DNA from: Rebecca billardiae RCC1528
Lineage: Eukaryota; Protista; Haptophyta
DNA: 64,000 nucleotides
Reading direction: 5' to 3'
Assembly (NCBI GenBank): GCA_965240325.2
Contig: OZ251227.1
Coordinates: 3,100,001 to 3,164,000, forward strand
Made by a program: the position numbers and the translations under genes. Shown in pieces: positions 12,040 to 21,374 of this stretch. The notes under the pieces were generated by a model that saw nothing but the letters and a program-made list of their open reading frames with translations, searched no databases and had not been told where the DNA came from. Positions within the stretch are counted from its first letter, which is position 1. Every line of letters begins with the position of its first letter.

Positions 12040-14511
12040 ATGGTATCGACTGCGCCACCCCCAACGCCCCTGCCGCGCGCGCGCCTCGCGCTGGTGGCAT
12101 GGATGAACGTGAGCGAGGCGCTCGTGCACACGATGTGTCTCCCATTCGCCCCCTTCATGGTGCAGCACCTCATCGGAGCCGACGACGCGGATCCTCGCAT
12201 CGCGTACCTCCAAGGCTGTCTGGTCGCGGCGGCCAGCCTGGCCGAGTTCGTTGGCAGCTACCCGCTAGGCTTGCTGAGCGACCTGATCGGCCGGCGGCCG
12301 GTCATTCTGCTGGCCTTATTCGCGACCACCATTTGCACGCCGGCGTTTGGCTTCGCCACCTCGTACGAGATGGCTTTTGCTGCCCGCACAGTGCGCGGGC
12401 TGTGCGCGGCCGTCACGGGTACGACCAAGACGTACCTGTACGAGATCACCGACAGCTCGAATCGCGACCGCGCGTTTAGCGTGCTGATGGCATGCTACGG
12501 CTTCGCGCTGTGCATCGGGCCGACCCTCGGCGGCGCGCTCTCCGAGCCTGCCCGCACGTGGCCGTCCACCTTCCCCAATGGCTCTCTCTTCGACCGCCAC
12601 CCGTACGCGCTCCCGTGCGTCGTCGTCGCGGCGTGCAGCGGGGCGGCGGGCGTGTGCGCGTGGTTCATGCTCGCCGAGACCGTGCACCGACGCTCCCCGT
12701 CGATCTGCTGCCTCGACACCCAGCCGCTCTTGGACAAGGGCGCCGCGGACAGCGAGTCTGGCGATGCCTCGAAGCAGTCGGCTCAGGGTGGGTCTGACGC
12801 GAGCGGCAGTGCCGCTGGGCGTGGCGGCAGCAGCGCACTCGGCCGCACCGCCTGGCTGGCCGCGGTGCTGTACGGGATGGTCGCGCTGGTGGTGGAGATG
12901 ATACAGGTGCTGTGGGTGCTGTGGGCCAAGCTGCCCCTCGCCCAGCGCGGCCCGCACCTTGACGTGCGCACGATCGGCCTCTTGCAGGCGGTCGGAGGCG
13001 TGGGCATGCTCTTCTCGCAGGCGGTCCTCTACCCGCATGCCGTGCGCGCGTTCGGGCTCAGCCAGACGTTCCGCCTGGGCTGGGTCGGGCCGGTCGTCGC
13101 GTATGTGGCGATCCCCTTCACGGTCCAGCTCGCTCCGCCCGAGGGCGGGTGCTGGCCCTCCCCGTTCTGCGCGTTGCTGGCGGTGCTCGAGCTGCTGCAG
13201 ATGGCAAGCAGCTCGGCGCTCTTCACCTGCGTCATCCTGATGCTCTCCAACTCGGTGCCGAGCGGAGAGCTGGGAGCCGCGAACGGAGTGGGGCAGTCGA
13301 TCGCGTCCATGGCGCGCTTCGCCGCGCCGCTCTTCAGCGCTACTCTCGTCGGCCAGCTCGCCTCTGGCGCGCCTCCGCTCGACGTGCGGCTTGCCTTCTT
13401 TGCGGTGGCAGCGTTCGCGCTGCTCTCGGTGGCACTCTCGTACGCGCTGCCGCGCTCGATCGACCACGCGTTCGACGGCGCGGCATCGCTCGCTGGGGCG
13501 CCCGCGTCGCGGCGGCCGCACGACCCGAATCGTTTGCCAGCCGCGATCGAGCAGCGCATGATGTGCGCGCCGCTGGGGGCCGCTGACCCCCATGCCGTCG
13601 CGCTCGCGCGTGAGCGGCTCTCGGCGGAAGGGATGGTTGTGATCGACAAGGGCGCCGCGTTCTCCTCAGCGGACGAAGTGCGCGCATGGAGCGCGGCTCT
13701 TTTCTCGGCTGAGTATGACTACACTCGCAGCGGCGCGGCCGCTCGCGACAACCTGGGCGGCGGCGTGCTCGCCACCACCGGCAAGGCCGAGCGTTCGGCC
13801 GTTCAGCTTCTCGAGCACCCCGAGATGAGCTACGAGCGTGAGTACCCTGGGAAGCTGCTCTTTGCGTGCTTCGAGTGTCCGCCCGACAAGGCGCAGACGA
13901 CGCTGCTCGAGACCAGCGCTCTGACGCGCGCGCTGCGAGGGACAGCGCTCTGGCACAAGCTCGAGGCGCACGGCCTCACCTACCACTTCAAGTACTACTC
14001 TGCGGACGAGGTCGGTCCAGGCGGCCCGCCGCCAGTCCTGCGCCCGTGGCAGGACTTCTTCGGAGTGCGCACGCGCGCTGAGCTCGAGGCGGAGCTCGGG
14101 CGGCGGGGCATGCGCGCAGAGTGGCTCCAGGGCGAGGCCGGTGTGGTGCGTGTCTCACAGACCCTGCCTGCCTTCGAGCTGGACGACCAGGGGGACTTGC
14201 GTGTGCACTTCACCCTCGCCGTTCACGGCTGCAAGTTCGACCCTGACCCCGCGTGGAAAGGCGTGGCGCACATCGACAGGCCGTATCACTTCACGCTGGG
14301 GGACGGCGCCGAGCTGACGCACGCAGAGCTGGAGCTTGTAAGAGGCATGTACGACACGCACCGCGTGCTGCTGCCGTGGGTGCCCGGCAGGCTTGTCGTG
14401 CTTGACAACCAGCGCTGGATGCACGGCCGTGTCGCTTTTGCACTCGAACCACACGAGACGCGCAAGATCGGCGTCTGCACAGGGGAGAAGCGCACACGGC
14501 GCCTCGTATGA
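12040..14511 (+). CDS. MFS transporter (DHA1/ZIFL-like) fused to a C-terminal TauD/clavaminate-synthase-like Fe(II)/2-oxoglutarate dioxygenase
   Basis: Multiple hydrophobic helices, MFS motif A GLLSDLIGRRPV, and IGPTLGGALSEP..HPYALP. The same frame continues with EHPEMSY..PGKLLFAC (HxE) and VLDNQRWMHGR (distal His). The ORF is open from 11887; ATG 12040 is the likelier start. Confidence 0.8.
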   Translation: MVSTAPPPTPLPRARLALVAWMNVSEALVHTMCLPFAPFMVQHLIGADDADPRIAYLQGCLVAAASLAEFVGSYPLGLLSDLIGRRPVILLALFATTICTPAFGFATSYEMAFAARTVRGLCAAVTGTTKTYLYEITDSSNRDRAFSVLMACYGFALCIGPTLGGALSEPARTWPSTFPNGSLFDRHPYALPCVVVAACSGAAGVCAWFMLAETVHRRSPSICCLDTQPLLDKGAADSESGDASKQSAQGGSDASGSAAGRGGSSALGRTAWLAAVLYGMVALVVEMIQVLWVLWAKLPLAQRGPHLDVRTIGLLQAVGGVGMLFSQAVLYPHAVRAFGLSQTFRLGWVGPVVAYVAIPFTVQLAPPEGGCWPSPFCALLAVLELLQMASSSALFTCVILMLSNSVPSGELGAANGVGQSIASMARFAAPLFSATLVGQLASGAPPLDVRLAFFAVAAFALLSVALSYALPRSIDHAFDGAASLAGAPASRRPHDPNRLPAAIEQRMMCAPLGAADPHAVALARERLSAEGMVVIDKGAAFSSADEVRAWSAALFSAEYDYTRSGAAARDNLGGGVLATTGKAERSAVQLLEHPEMSYEREYPGKLLFACFECPPDKAQTTLLETSALTRALRGTALWHKLEAHGLTYHFKYYSADEVGPGGPPPVLRPWQDFFGVRTRAELEAELGRRGMRAEWLQGEAGVVRVSQTLPAFELDDQGDLRVHFTLAVHGCKFDPDPAWKGVAHIDRPYHFTLGDGAELTHAELELVRGMYDTHRVLLPWVPGRLVVLDNQRWMHGRVAFALEPHETRKIGVCTGEKRTRRLV

Positions 14512-14776
14512 TTTGTAGCTAGTAGTATATATATGCCCCTGGTCAGGATGAGCCCACTAGTAGTAGTACAGTGGCTATGAAGCCTGCGCTATATAAGACT
14601 AATTTTTTACTATTTCAATATATATATATATATTATGTGACACTGTAATCTCGCCTGCCTGAGCTGTGTGCGTCTCTTATTCTTAGTAAACTGTAGCTGC
14701 GCGCACGGATGCGACGTGCGTGGCTCCCAGACCCAGCACCAGCACAGTCGAGCGACGGCGCCGCCGCGCGCGGCCC

Positions 14777-16537
14777 TCACCACAGGCTCTGGCCGCCCTC
14801 GATCACGAGGTTGTGTCCCACCATGTACGAGGACGCGTCGGACGCGAGGTACACGACCGCCGCCTGCAAGTCCGTCACCTGCGCTAGCCGCCCGGCCGGG
14901 ATCTGCTCGAGCCAGGTGGCGGCAAGCTTGTTGAGTGCGGGGTTGTCCCAGATCAGGGGGGTGTCCACAATGCCAGGCGAGATGCAGTTGACGTTCAGGC
15001 CGCGCGACGCCCACTCGCACGCGAGAGACTGCGTCAGCTTGACCACGGCCGCCTTGGACGCGTTGTACGCCGCCTGCTTCTGCGGGTGCGGCACGAGCAG
15101 CGACGCCATCGACGCCGTGTTGATGATCTTGCCGCTGCCGCGCGCGAGCATGTGCCGCGCCTCGTGCTGGCAGCAGAGGAAGACGCCGCGTGTGTTGAGC
15201 GCGAACGTGAGGTCCCAGTCGGCGACGGGCGTGTCCTCGGCGGCGGAGTTCTTGTTCACGCCCGCGTTGTTCACCGCGATGTCGAGGGCGCCCTTCCACG
15301 CCACCGCCGCGTCGACCATCGCCTTGACGCTCCCCTCGTCCGCGCAGTCGGCGCGCACCGCCATCGCCTCTGCGCCCTTTGAGGCCAGCTCGGCGGCCAC
15401 CGCGTCCGCACGCGCCTGGTCCAGGTCGGCGACGGCAACGGCGGCGCCCGCCTCGGCGAGCGCGTGCGCGAAAGCGCGGCCGATGCCCTGTCCGCCGCCG
15501 GTCACGAGGGCCGTCTTGCCGCTCAGCTTGAGGCGGTCGAGGATGCGCGCCCCCCCCACGCCTCGCGTCACCTCGTCCGGGCCGGCTGCGCCGCTGGGCT
15601 GCGGCGGCGGCGCAGGGGCCGCCGCCGGCACGGGCGCCGCGGCAACCTCGGCGGTGGGCACCGGCGCCGGCAGCGGTGGCGCCGCGCCCTTCAGCCGCAC
15701 GATCGTGATCCCGTCGCGAAGCGGCAGCGTGACGATCTCGACGCGCGCGTCCGCCCTCACCATCTTGTTGAACTCGCGCAGCGCCTCGCCGCCCGCGTTC
15801 CAGCTGTGCGGGTCGTGCGCGGCGCGGCCGAGGTAGGGCACGCCCTTGAAGAGGACGTTGTCGATCACGATCACGCCGCCCGGCGCGAGCAGCCCACGCG
15901 AGAGCACCGTCTCGTAGTACGCCGCGTACGAGCCCTTGTCCGCGTCGATGAACACCATGTCAAGCGGCTGCGCCTGCGGCCACGCGCGCAGCGTCTCGAG
16001 CGCGTCGCCGATGCGCACGCGGATCTTGTGCCCGTGGGGCGACTTGTCGAAGATGGGGCGGGCAAAGGCCTCAAGGAACGGGTCCACCTCGCACGAGATC
16101 ACCTCGCCGTCCTCGGGCAGCGCCTCGGCGATCGTGAGCGCGCCGTAGCCGGTGAACATGCCGACCTCGAGCACGCGCCGGGCCTTGAGCATGTACGCAA
16201 ACATGGCGAGCGTCTTGGCCTCGACGATGTCCGTGGTCCACCGCTCGGAGAAGCGGAACACCGTCTTGCCCTGCGCGTGCAGCTCGTCCCACGGCGCGCC
16301 GCGCGTCTTCCGCTCGAGCTCGGCCGCCTCGGGTGACGGCGCAGACGTGCACTCGACCAGGTACTCGTCCAGGCCACGCGAGAGGCTGGCCGCCTCGTCG
16401 AGCAGGGCGGTGAGCCGCTCGTTGGGCGTGTCAGGCACGAACGCGACCTCCTGCGCGGACGGTGGCGCGGACGACTCCGCTTTCGCCGCAGCGGCGCCGT
16501 GCGCGCGAATGCCCGCGACCGAGCTGGCCTGCTCCAT
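14777..16537 (-). CDS. O-methyltransferase-SDR oxidoreductase fusion (MT-Ox-like, gadusol pathway)
   Basis: N-half: LEVGMFTGY, FIDADK, VIDNVLFKG (caffeoyl-CoA/MysB-type OMT). Pro/Ala linker. C-half: TGGGQGIG, NNAG, YNASK (classical SDR), ending GHNLVIEGGQSLW. The architecture and C-terminus resemble vertebrate MT-Ox as I recall it. Confidence 0.85.
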   Translation of the reverse strand: MEQASSVAGIRAHGAAAAKAESSAPPSAQEVAFVPDTPNERLTALLDEAASLSRGLDEYLVECTSAPSPEAAELERKTRGAPWDELHAQGKTVFRFSERWTTDIVEAKTLAMFAYMLKARRVLEVGMFTGYGALTIAEALPEDGEVISCEVDPFLEAFARPIFDKSPHGHKIRVRIGDALETLRAWPQAQPLDMVFIDADKGSYAAYYETVLSRGLLAPGGVIVIDNVLFKGVPYLGRAAHDPHSWNAGGEALREFNKMVRADARVEIVTLPLRDGITIVRLKGAAPPLPAPVPTAEVAAAPVPAAAPAPPPQPSGAAGPDEVTRGVGGARILDRLKLSGKTALVTGGGQGIGRAFAHALAEAGAAVAVADLDQARADAVAAELASKGAEAMAVRADCADEGSVKAMVDAAVAWKGALDIAVNNAGVNKNSAAEDTPVADWDLTFALNTRGVFLCCQHEARHMLARGSGKIINTASMASLLVPHPQKQAAYNASKAAVVKLTQSLACEWASRGLNVNCISPGIVDTPLIWDNPALNKLAATWLEQIPAGRLAQVTDLQAAVVYLASDASSYMVGHNLVIEGGQSLW

Positions 16538-16668
16538 CCTTGTTGATTGCTCGTTGGCCGGCGATCAGCGAATTGATGAGAATGTACCTGAACCTTCATC
16601 AATGCATCAACGCGTCTGACCTTCCTCGTGACCTTCCTTTGATTCCGCGCATCCGCTACTTGATCCCT

Positions 16669-19600
16669 GAGGGACCACGACCGAACTCGTGCCAGAGGAG
16701 GTGGGGGTCGCACTGGCACCTCCTCTGGCCGACCCCCACCTCCTCTGGGGCTCCAGAGGAGGTGGGGGTCAGTGGCGCCGCGGCTGGGAGGCGCGGGGCC
16801 GACGCGGGTGCGTGCCGCGAGCCCTCGTCTCGGGCGCGCATCACCGCGTGCACAGCGCGCGCGGGCGCCCTGGCGCGCGCGCATCGCCTGCGTGCACTGA
16901 GTGAGCCTCAATCTCCCGCTGCGCGCTGCCTCGAACGCGCATCGCCACTCGCACGCGCAGGCCTGCCCCGCACGGCTTGGGCTTTTGAGCACCGGCTGGC
17001 GGCGGCGCGCCGGGTCAGGGCTTGGCCGGTGATGCGGCCTTCGCCCTGACCGAGACTTGGCGGAGGCGTGGGTAGTGCCATCGCCTGCCCGGATCCCGGG
17101 CCTCGCCGTCAGAGTGTACACGCGAGGCGCGCTGTCGTGGTTGACAGGTGAGGCGGTGCGCGCTCGCCCTCGAGCAGGCAGCGGACGTACCGGCAGGCGC
17201 GCGCGAGCACAGCGGGGCTGTCGAGCTGCTTCCGGCTGGGTAGATCGACGGTGCATGCCCTGGTCCTGGTCTGGGAGGCCTGCGCGGGTTCGGAGACCGG
17301 TGAACGCTCGGCGCGGACCCATGTCTTGCTGGGCACGGTTGCGCGACAGCTCAGCAGCCAGTCTCGAGGATGAGTGGCATCAGAGCGCTTGCCGGCGTGC
17401 TGGCGGACTCAACCACCGGGCCGATGCCCACGCCTTGGCCGGGATGCGACCAGCCCCGGAGTCCTCCGCAGCCGCCTGCCGCCGTCGACCCGCCGCCCAA
17501 GGCCCGCGGCCGGCGGGCCGCGCTGTCCTATAGCCCGCGGCACGCAGCAGGCCGCAGGACGCGCTGCGTCAGCGCGAGAGGGCTGAGTTCGTGAGGGATA
17601 TCCTCACCACGTCTGGAAGAGTTCTAGGAGCTGACGCAGGTTCACGGACCGTAGGCTGCTCGTCATTCGTCCCGCGACCCGGCAGCGGGCAGCATCAGGC
17701 TCAGCTTCCCAGTCGTCGGCTGACGACTTGACAATCAATCCTTGATCGCGGTCCTTCAGTCAGCTGCGAGCGCCCGGCGCCATCGTGCCCGCGCGGCGCC
17801 GGCTGGCTGCCGACGACAGCGACCTGAGACGGCCGGACGGTGGTGCATGCTGCTCATTGCCGCGTCCGAATGTACGTGGCGCCGAGCGCGTCACGGCCGG
17901 TCGTTCTATACGCGATAGATCCGCCGCACTAGCCTATGGCCGCACCACCGGCCACCGGGTGTTCGTTGCCATTGGGCCCGGCGGTGCGGCGCGCGGCACC
18001 GGCCGGCGGTCCACTGCTGACACTCGTTCCGTCACGGCAGCTTCTAGGATGCCAGTCGCGTGGGCATAGCGCGCCTCTCTGCCCGCGCGGCATGTGGGAT
18101 GATGTCAGGCTGCCGGATGTGACTGGCTTGGACCACTGACCAGGCCGCGGGAGCATGTCGCTGATGCATTCCAGAAGACTTCTCAGGGGAACCAGACGAT
18201 GACGGACGAGTGTAGGCTATACTTCTAATGCTGCTGAACTTGCTTGAGAAGGGCCACTCGTCGTGATCAATCGAGTCGTCACGTGATACTGACGCCAGAA
18301 TCGACGCGCCACTTGCCGGCAAAGTTAGAAGGCAGAACAACTCGCGTGTAGTTCCGTTGAGAGCGTATGTACGGTATGGCTGCGGCTGCAACGCGCAGTC
18401 GTCTGACGCAGTCATAATCAGCCAGCACTCAGCAGGAGCGCAGATTTTATGATGCTGGCCCGCCGTATCGTCTGCAGGCGCTTGCCCAAGGTGGTAGTGG
18501 GGCGGGTGGGACGCGGTTGAGTGGCACGTGACGAACTCTGAGTCGCGATGACATCTTATGCTGCTGGTCCGCGCAATGACTCAATAATCGATACGTACTG
18601 CGCCGCGCTGGTGCTAGGTCGGATGCCGAGCAGCAGCCTACGGTCGCTAAGTAGTCTAAGTCAGTTCATCAAACTTCACCAGACTGGGCGGTGGCGATCG
18701 TCTCTCTCATTGACTCGGCCTTCCTGAGGTGACGCAGCGATCCCGCAGTGCCCTCCTTCATGTCTGGGCAACCCTGCCGCCCGAGCTTTGCCGAGTGGGT
18801 GGCCTGCGGCCCGAACCTGGCGGCAGCGCCAACGCCCGGAGCTTGGCCGCGCTGTGTCCCTGCCAAGCTGTGACCAAGGGTGACAGTGACGAAGGAGTCT
18901 CGCCCCGCACCGCCGCCCTAGCCGCCTCACAGCCCGTCTCCGTCGCGGCCGCTGAACCCGCCGCCGAGCCAGCCACCGTTCCCAAGCCACCGTCACCGCT
19001 GCCGAGCTCACGGCCACTCCGCCGCTCACAGCCATCGTCGCCAAGTCGCCGCCACCAAGCCCACCACGGACAACCAAGCCCGTCTCATCAACCCCAGCGC
19101 CAAGCCTAGCGCTGGGTTCGCCCCCTTCGCCGCCACCGACTCCGCCCCCGAGCCCACCGCCGCTAAGTCCATCGCCGAGCCCGGCCGCCATCACCGCCAC
19201 TAAGCCCACCTCGAGCCTGCCGCTGCCGTCGCCGCTACCGACCCCGCTGCTGAGCCCACCACCGTCATCACCGCCTACATCGCCGCCACACAGCCCGCCG
19301 CTGAGCCTGCAGCCGTCGCTGCCTACATCGCCACCAACAAGCCCGCTACCATCATCGCCGCCATCAGCACCGCCTCCGACCACGCCGCCGAGCTCGCTGC
19401 CGAGCCCGCTACCGTCGCCGCCGCCTGCGCTGCCACCAAGCCGGCAGCCGATCCCACCGCCAAGTCTGCCACGTTAGCCACCGCCGAGCTCACCGCCGAG
19501 TCCACCGTCATCGCCGGCACCGAAACCGCCATCCTCGCCGCCGCCAAGCCCGCTATCAAGCCCGCCTCCGCCGCCTCCGCCGCCGAGCCCGCCTCCATCC

Positions 19601-20511
19601 CCACCACCCTCGCTGCCGCCCAGCCCGCTCGACCGCCTGTTCCTCTGGCCATCCGCCGCGCGGCCCGCCGGCCGCGGGCCTTGGGCGGCGGGTCGACGGC
19701 GGCAGGCGGCTGCGGAGGACTCCGGGGCTGGTCGCATCCCGGCCAAGGCGTGGGCATCGGCCCGGTGGTTGAGCCCGCCAGCACGCCGGCAAGCGCTCTG
19801 ATGCCACTCATCCTCGAGACTGGCTGCTGAGCTGTCGCGCAACCGTGCCCGGCAAGACATGGGTCCGCGCCGAGCGTTCACCGGTCTCCGAACCCGCGCA
19901 GGCCTCCCAGACCAGGACCAGGGCATGCACCGTCGATCTACCCAGCCGGAAGCAGCTCGACAGCCCCGCTGTGCTCGCGCGCGCCTGCCGGTACGTCCGC
20001 TGCCTGCTCGAGGGCGAGCGCGCACCGCCTCACCTGTCAACCACGACAGCGCGCCTCGCGTGTACACTCTGACGGCGAGGCCCGGGATCCGGGCAGGCGA
20101 TGGCACTACCCACGCCTCCGCCAAGTCTCGGTCAGGGCGAAGGCCGCATCACCGGCCAAGCCCTGACCCGGCGCGCCGCCGCCAGCCGGTGCTCAAAAGC
20201 CCAAGCCGTGCGGGGCAGGCCTGCGCGTGCGAGTGGCGATGCGCGTTCGAGGCAGCGCGCAGCGGGAGATTGAGGCTCACTCAGTGCACGCAGGCGATGC
20301 GCGCGCGCCAGGGCGCCCGCGCGCGCTGTGCACGCGGTGATGCGCGCCCGAGACGAGGGCTCGCGGCACGCACCCGCGTCGGCCCCGCGCCTCCCAGCCG
20401 CGGCGCCACTGACCCCCACCTCCTCTGGGCCCCAGAGGAGGTGGGGGTCGGCCAGAGGAGGTGCCAGTGCGACCCCCACCTCCTCTGGCACGAGTTCGGT
20501 CGTGGTCCCTC
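16669..20511. mobile_element. 3843 bp non-autonomous foldback/DNA transposon with ~855 bp terminal inverted repeats and 5 bp target-site duplication TCCCT
   Basis: 16669-17523 is the near-perfect reverse complement of 19658-20511. Ends are GAGGGACC...GGTCCCTC, with TCCCT at 16664-16668 and 20512-20516. No transposase motif seen inside. Confidence 0.9.
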
Positions 20512-21374
20512 TCCCTGATGATTCCCTGGGATGAAAAGCGGCGTGGTAGTCATATCATAATGATGATGATTACCGTGGGCGTAAAACATACTTTAGTTAA
20601 ATAAATCACGCCTTAACCAAGTGTGCACGTTAAAACATAGTAAACTGTATCATCACATCATTCATTAAATAGTACGTTGAACGTGTACGGTATTGATGGT
20701 GCAAGAAAACCTAGAGCCCCGACCGTTACACGGGTATATTAGGTCTCAGCGGCATGATGGGCATCCGGCGAATAAGTCATTCTGGGTCTCCCTGACACCA
20801 TGATACAGGCCCAACACCTCCAGGGACCTGAGCATCACCCTGGGACCTAATATTGCAGTCTGAAGTTGGGTGGGTCACTCTCGACGACGGCACGGCGGAC
20901 GGTCGTGATGCACGCGGGACAGCACATCAGGGGCATTCGGTGCACTAGCGAGGGTGGCATACGATGTCATCCCGACGTATGCATCCGTAGTATACTTGCC
21001 CGGCCCCAGGCGCCCTGTCATCCGGCACAATGTCACGTGCGCGGGCTTCACGCGGTCGTGATCGCGGGGTTCAACATGCTGTTCCGAACGAGCGCACGCA
21101 CGCGCGCCGGCGCGAGGCTAGCGAGAGGAATGCACCCCTCGCGTGCTCGCGCGGGCAAACGCACTTCGAGAGCATCCCACAGGCGCCAAGAACTTCCTCC
21201 GATGGCGATGCGCAAGCCGCTAGCCCCCACAAGCGCGGGGCGAACCACGCCGCAGGGCGGTGTCGCCGCTTCCCGCGCTGGGCCGGGGCTCTAGGTTTTC
21301 TTGCAACGTCAATATTTCCTCCGGACTGTCCATCCCGGATCGGTGAACGTTCGCGCGATTCACGGGGGACGAAG

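Noticed and set aside
16690-16772. CRISPR-like repeats
   Set aside because: The motifs alternate in orientation, have no unique spacers, lie inside a TIR, and there are no cas genes.
16099-20589. ORFs of 150-400 aa inside the TIRs
   Set aside because: They are Arg/Ala/Pro-rich GC artefacts, duplicated only because of the inverted repeat; no transposase motifs.
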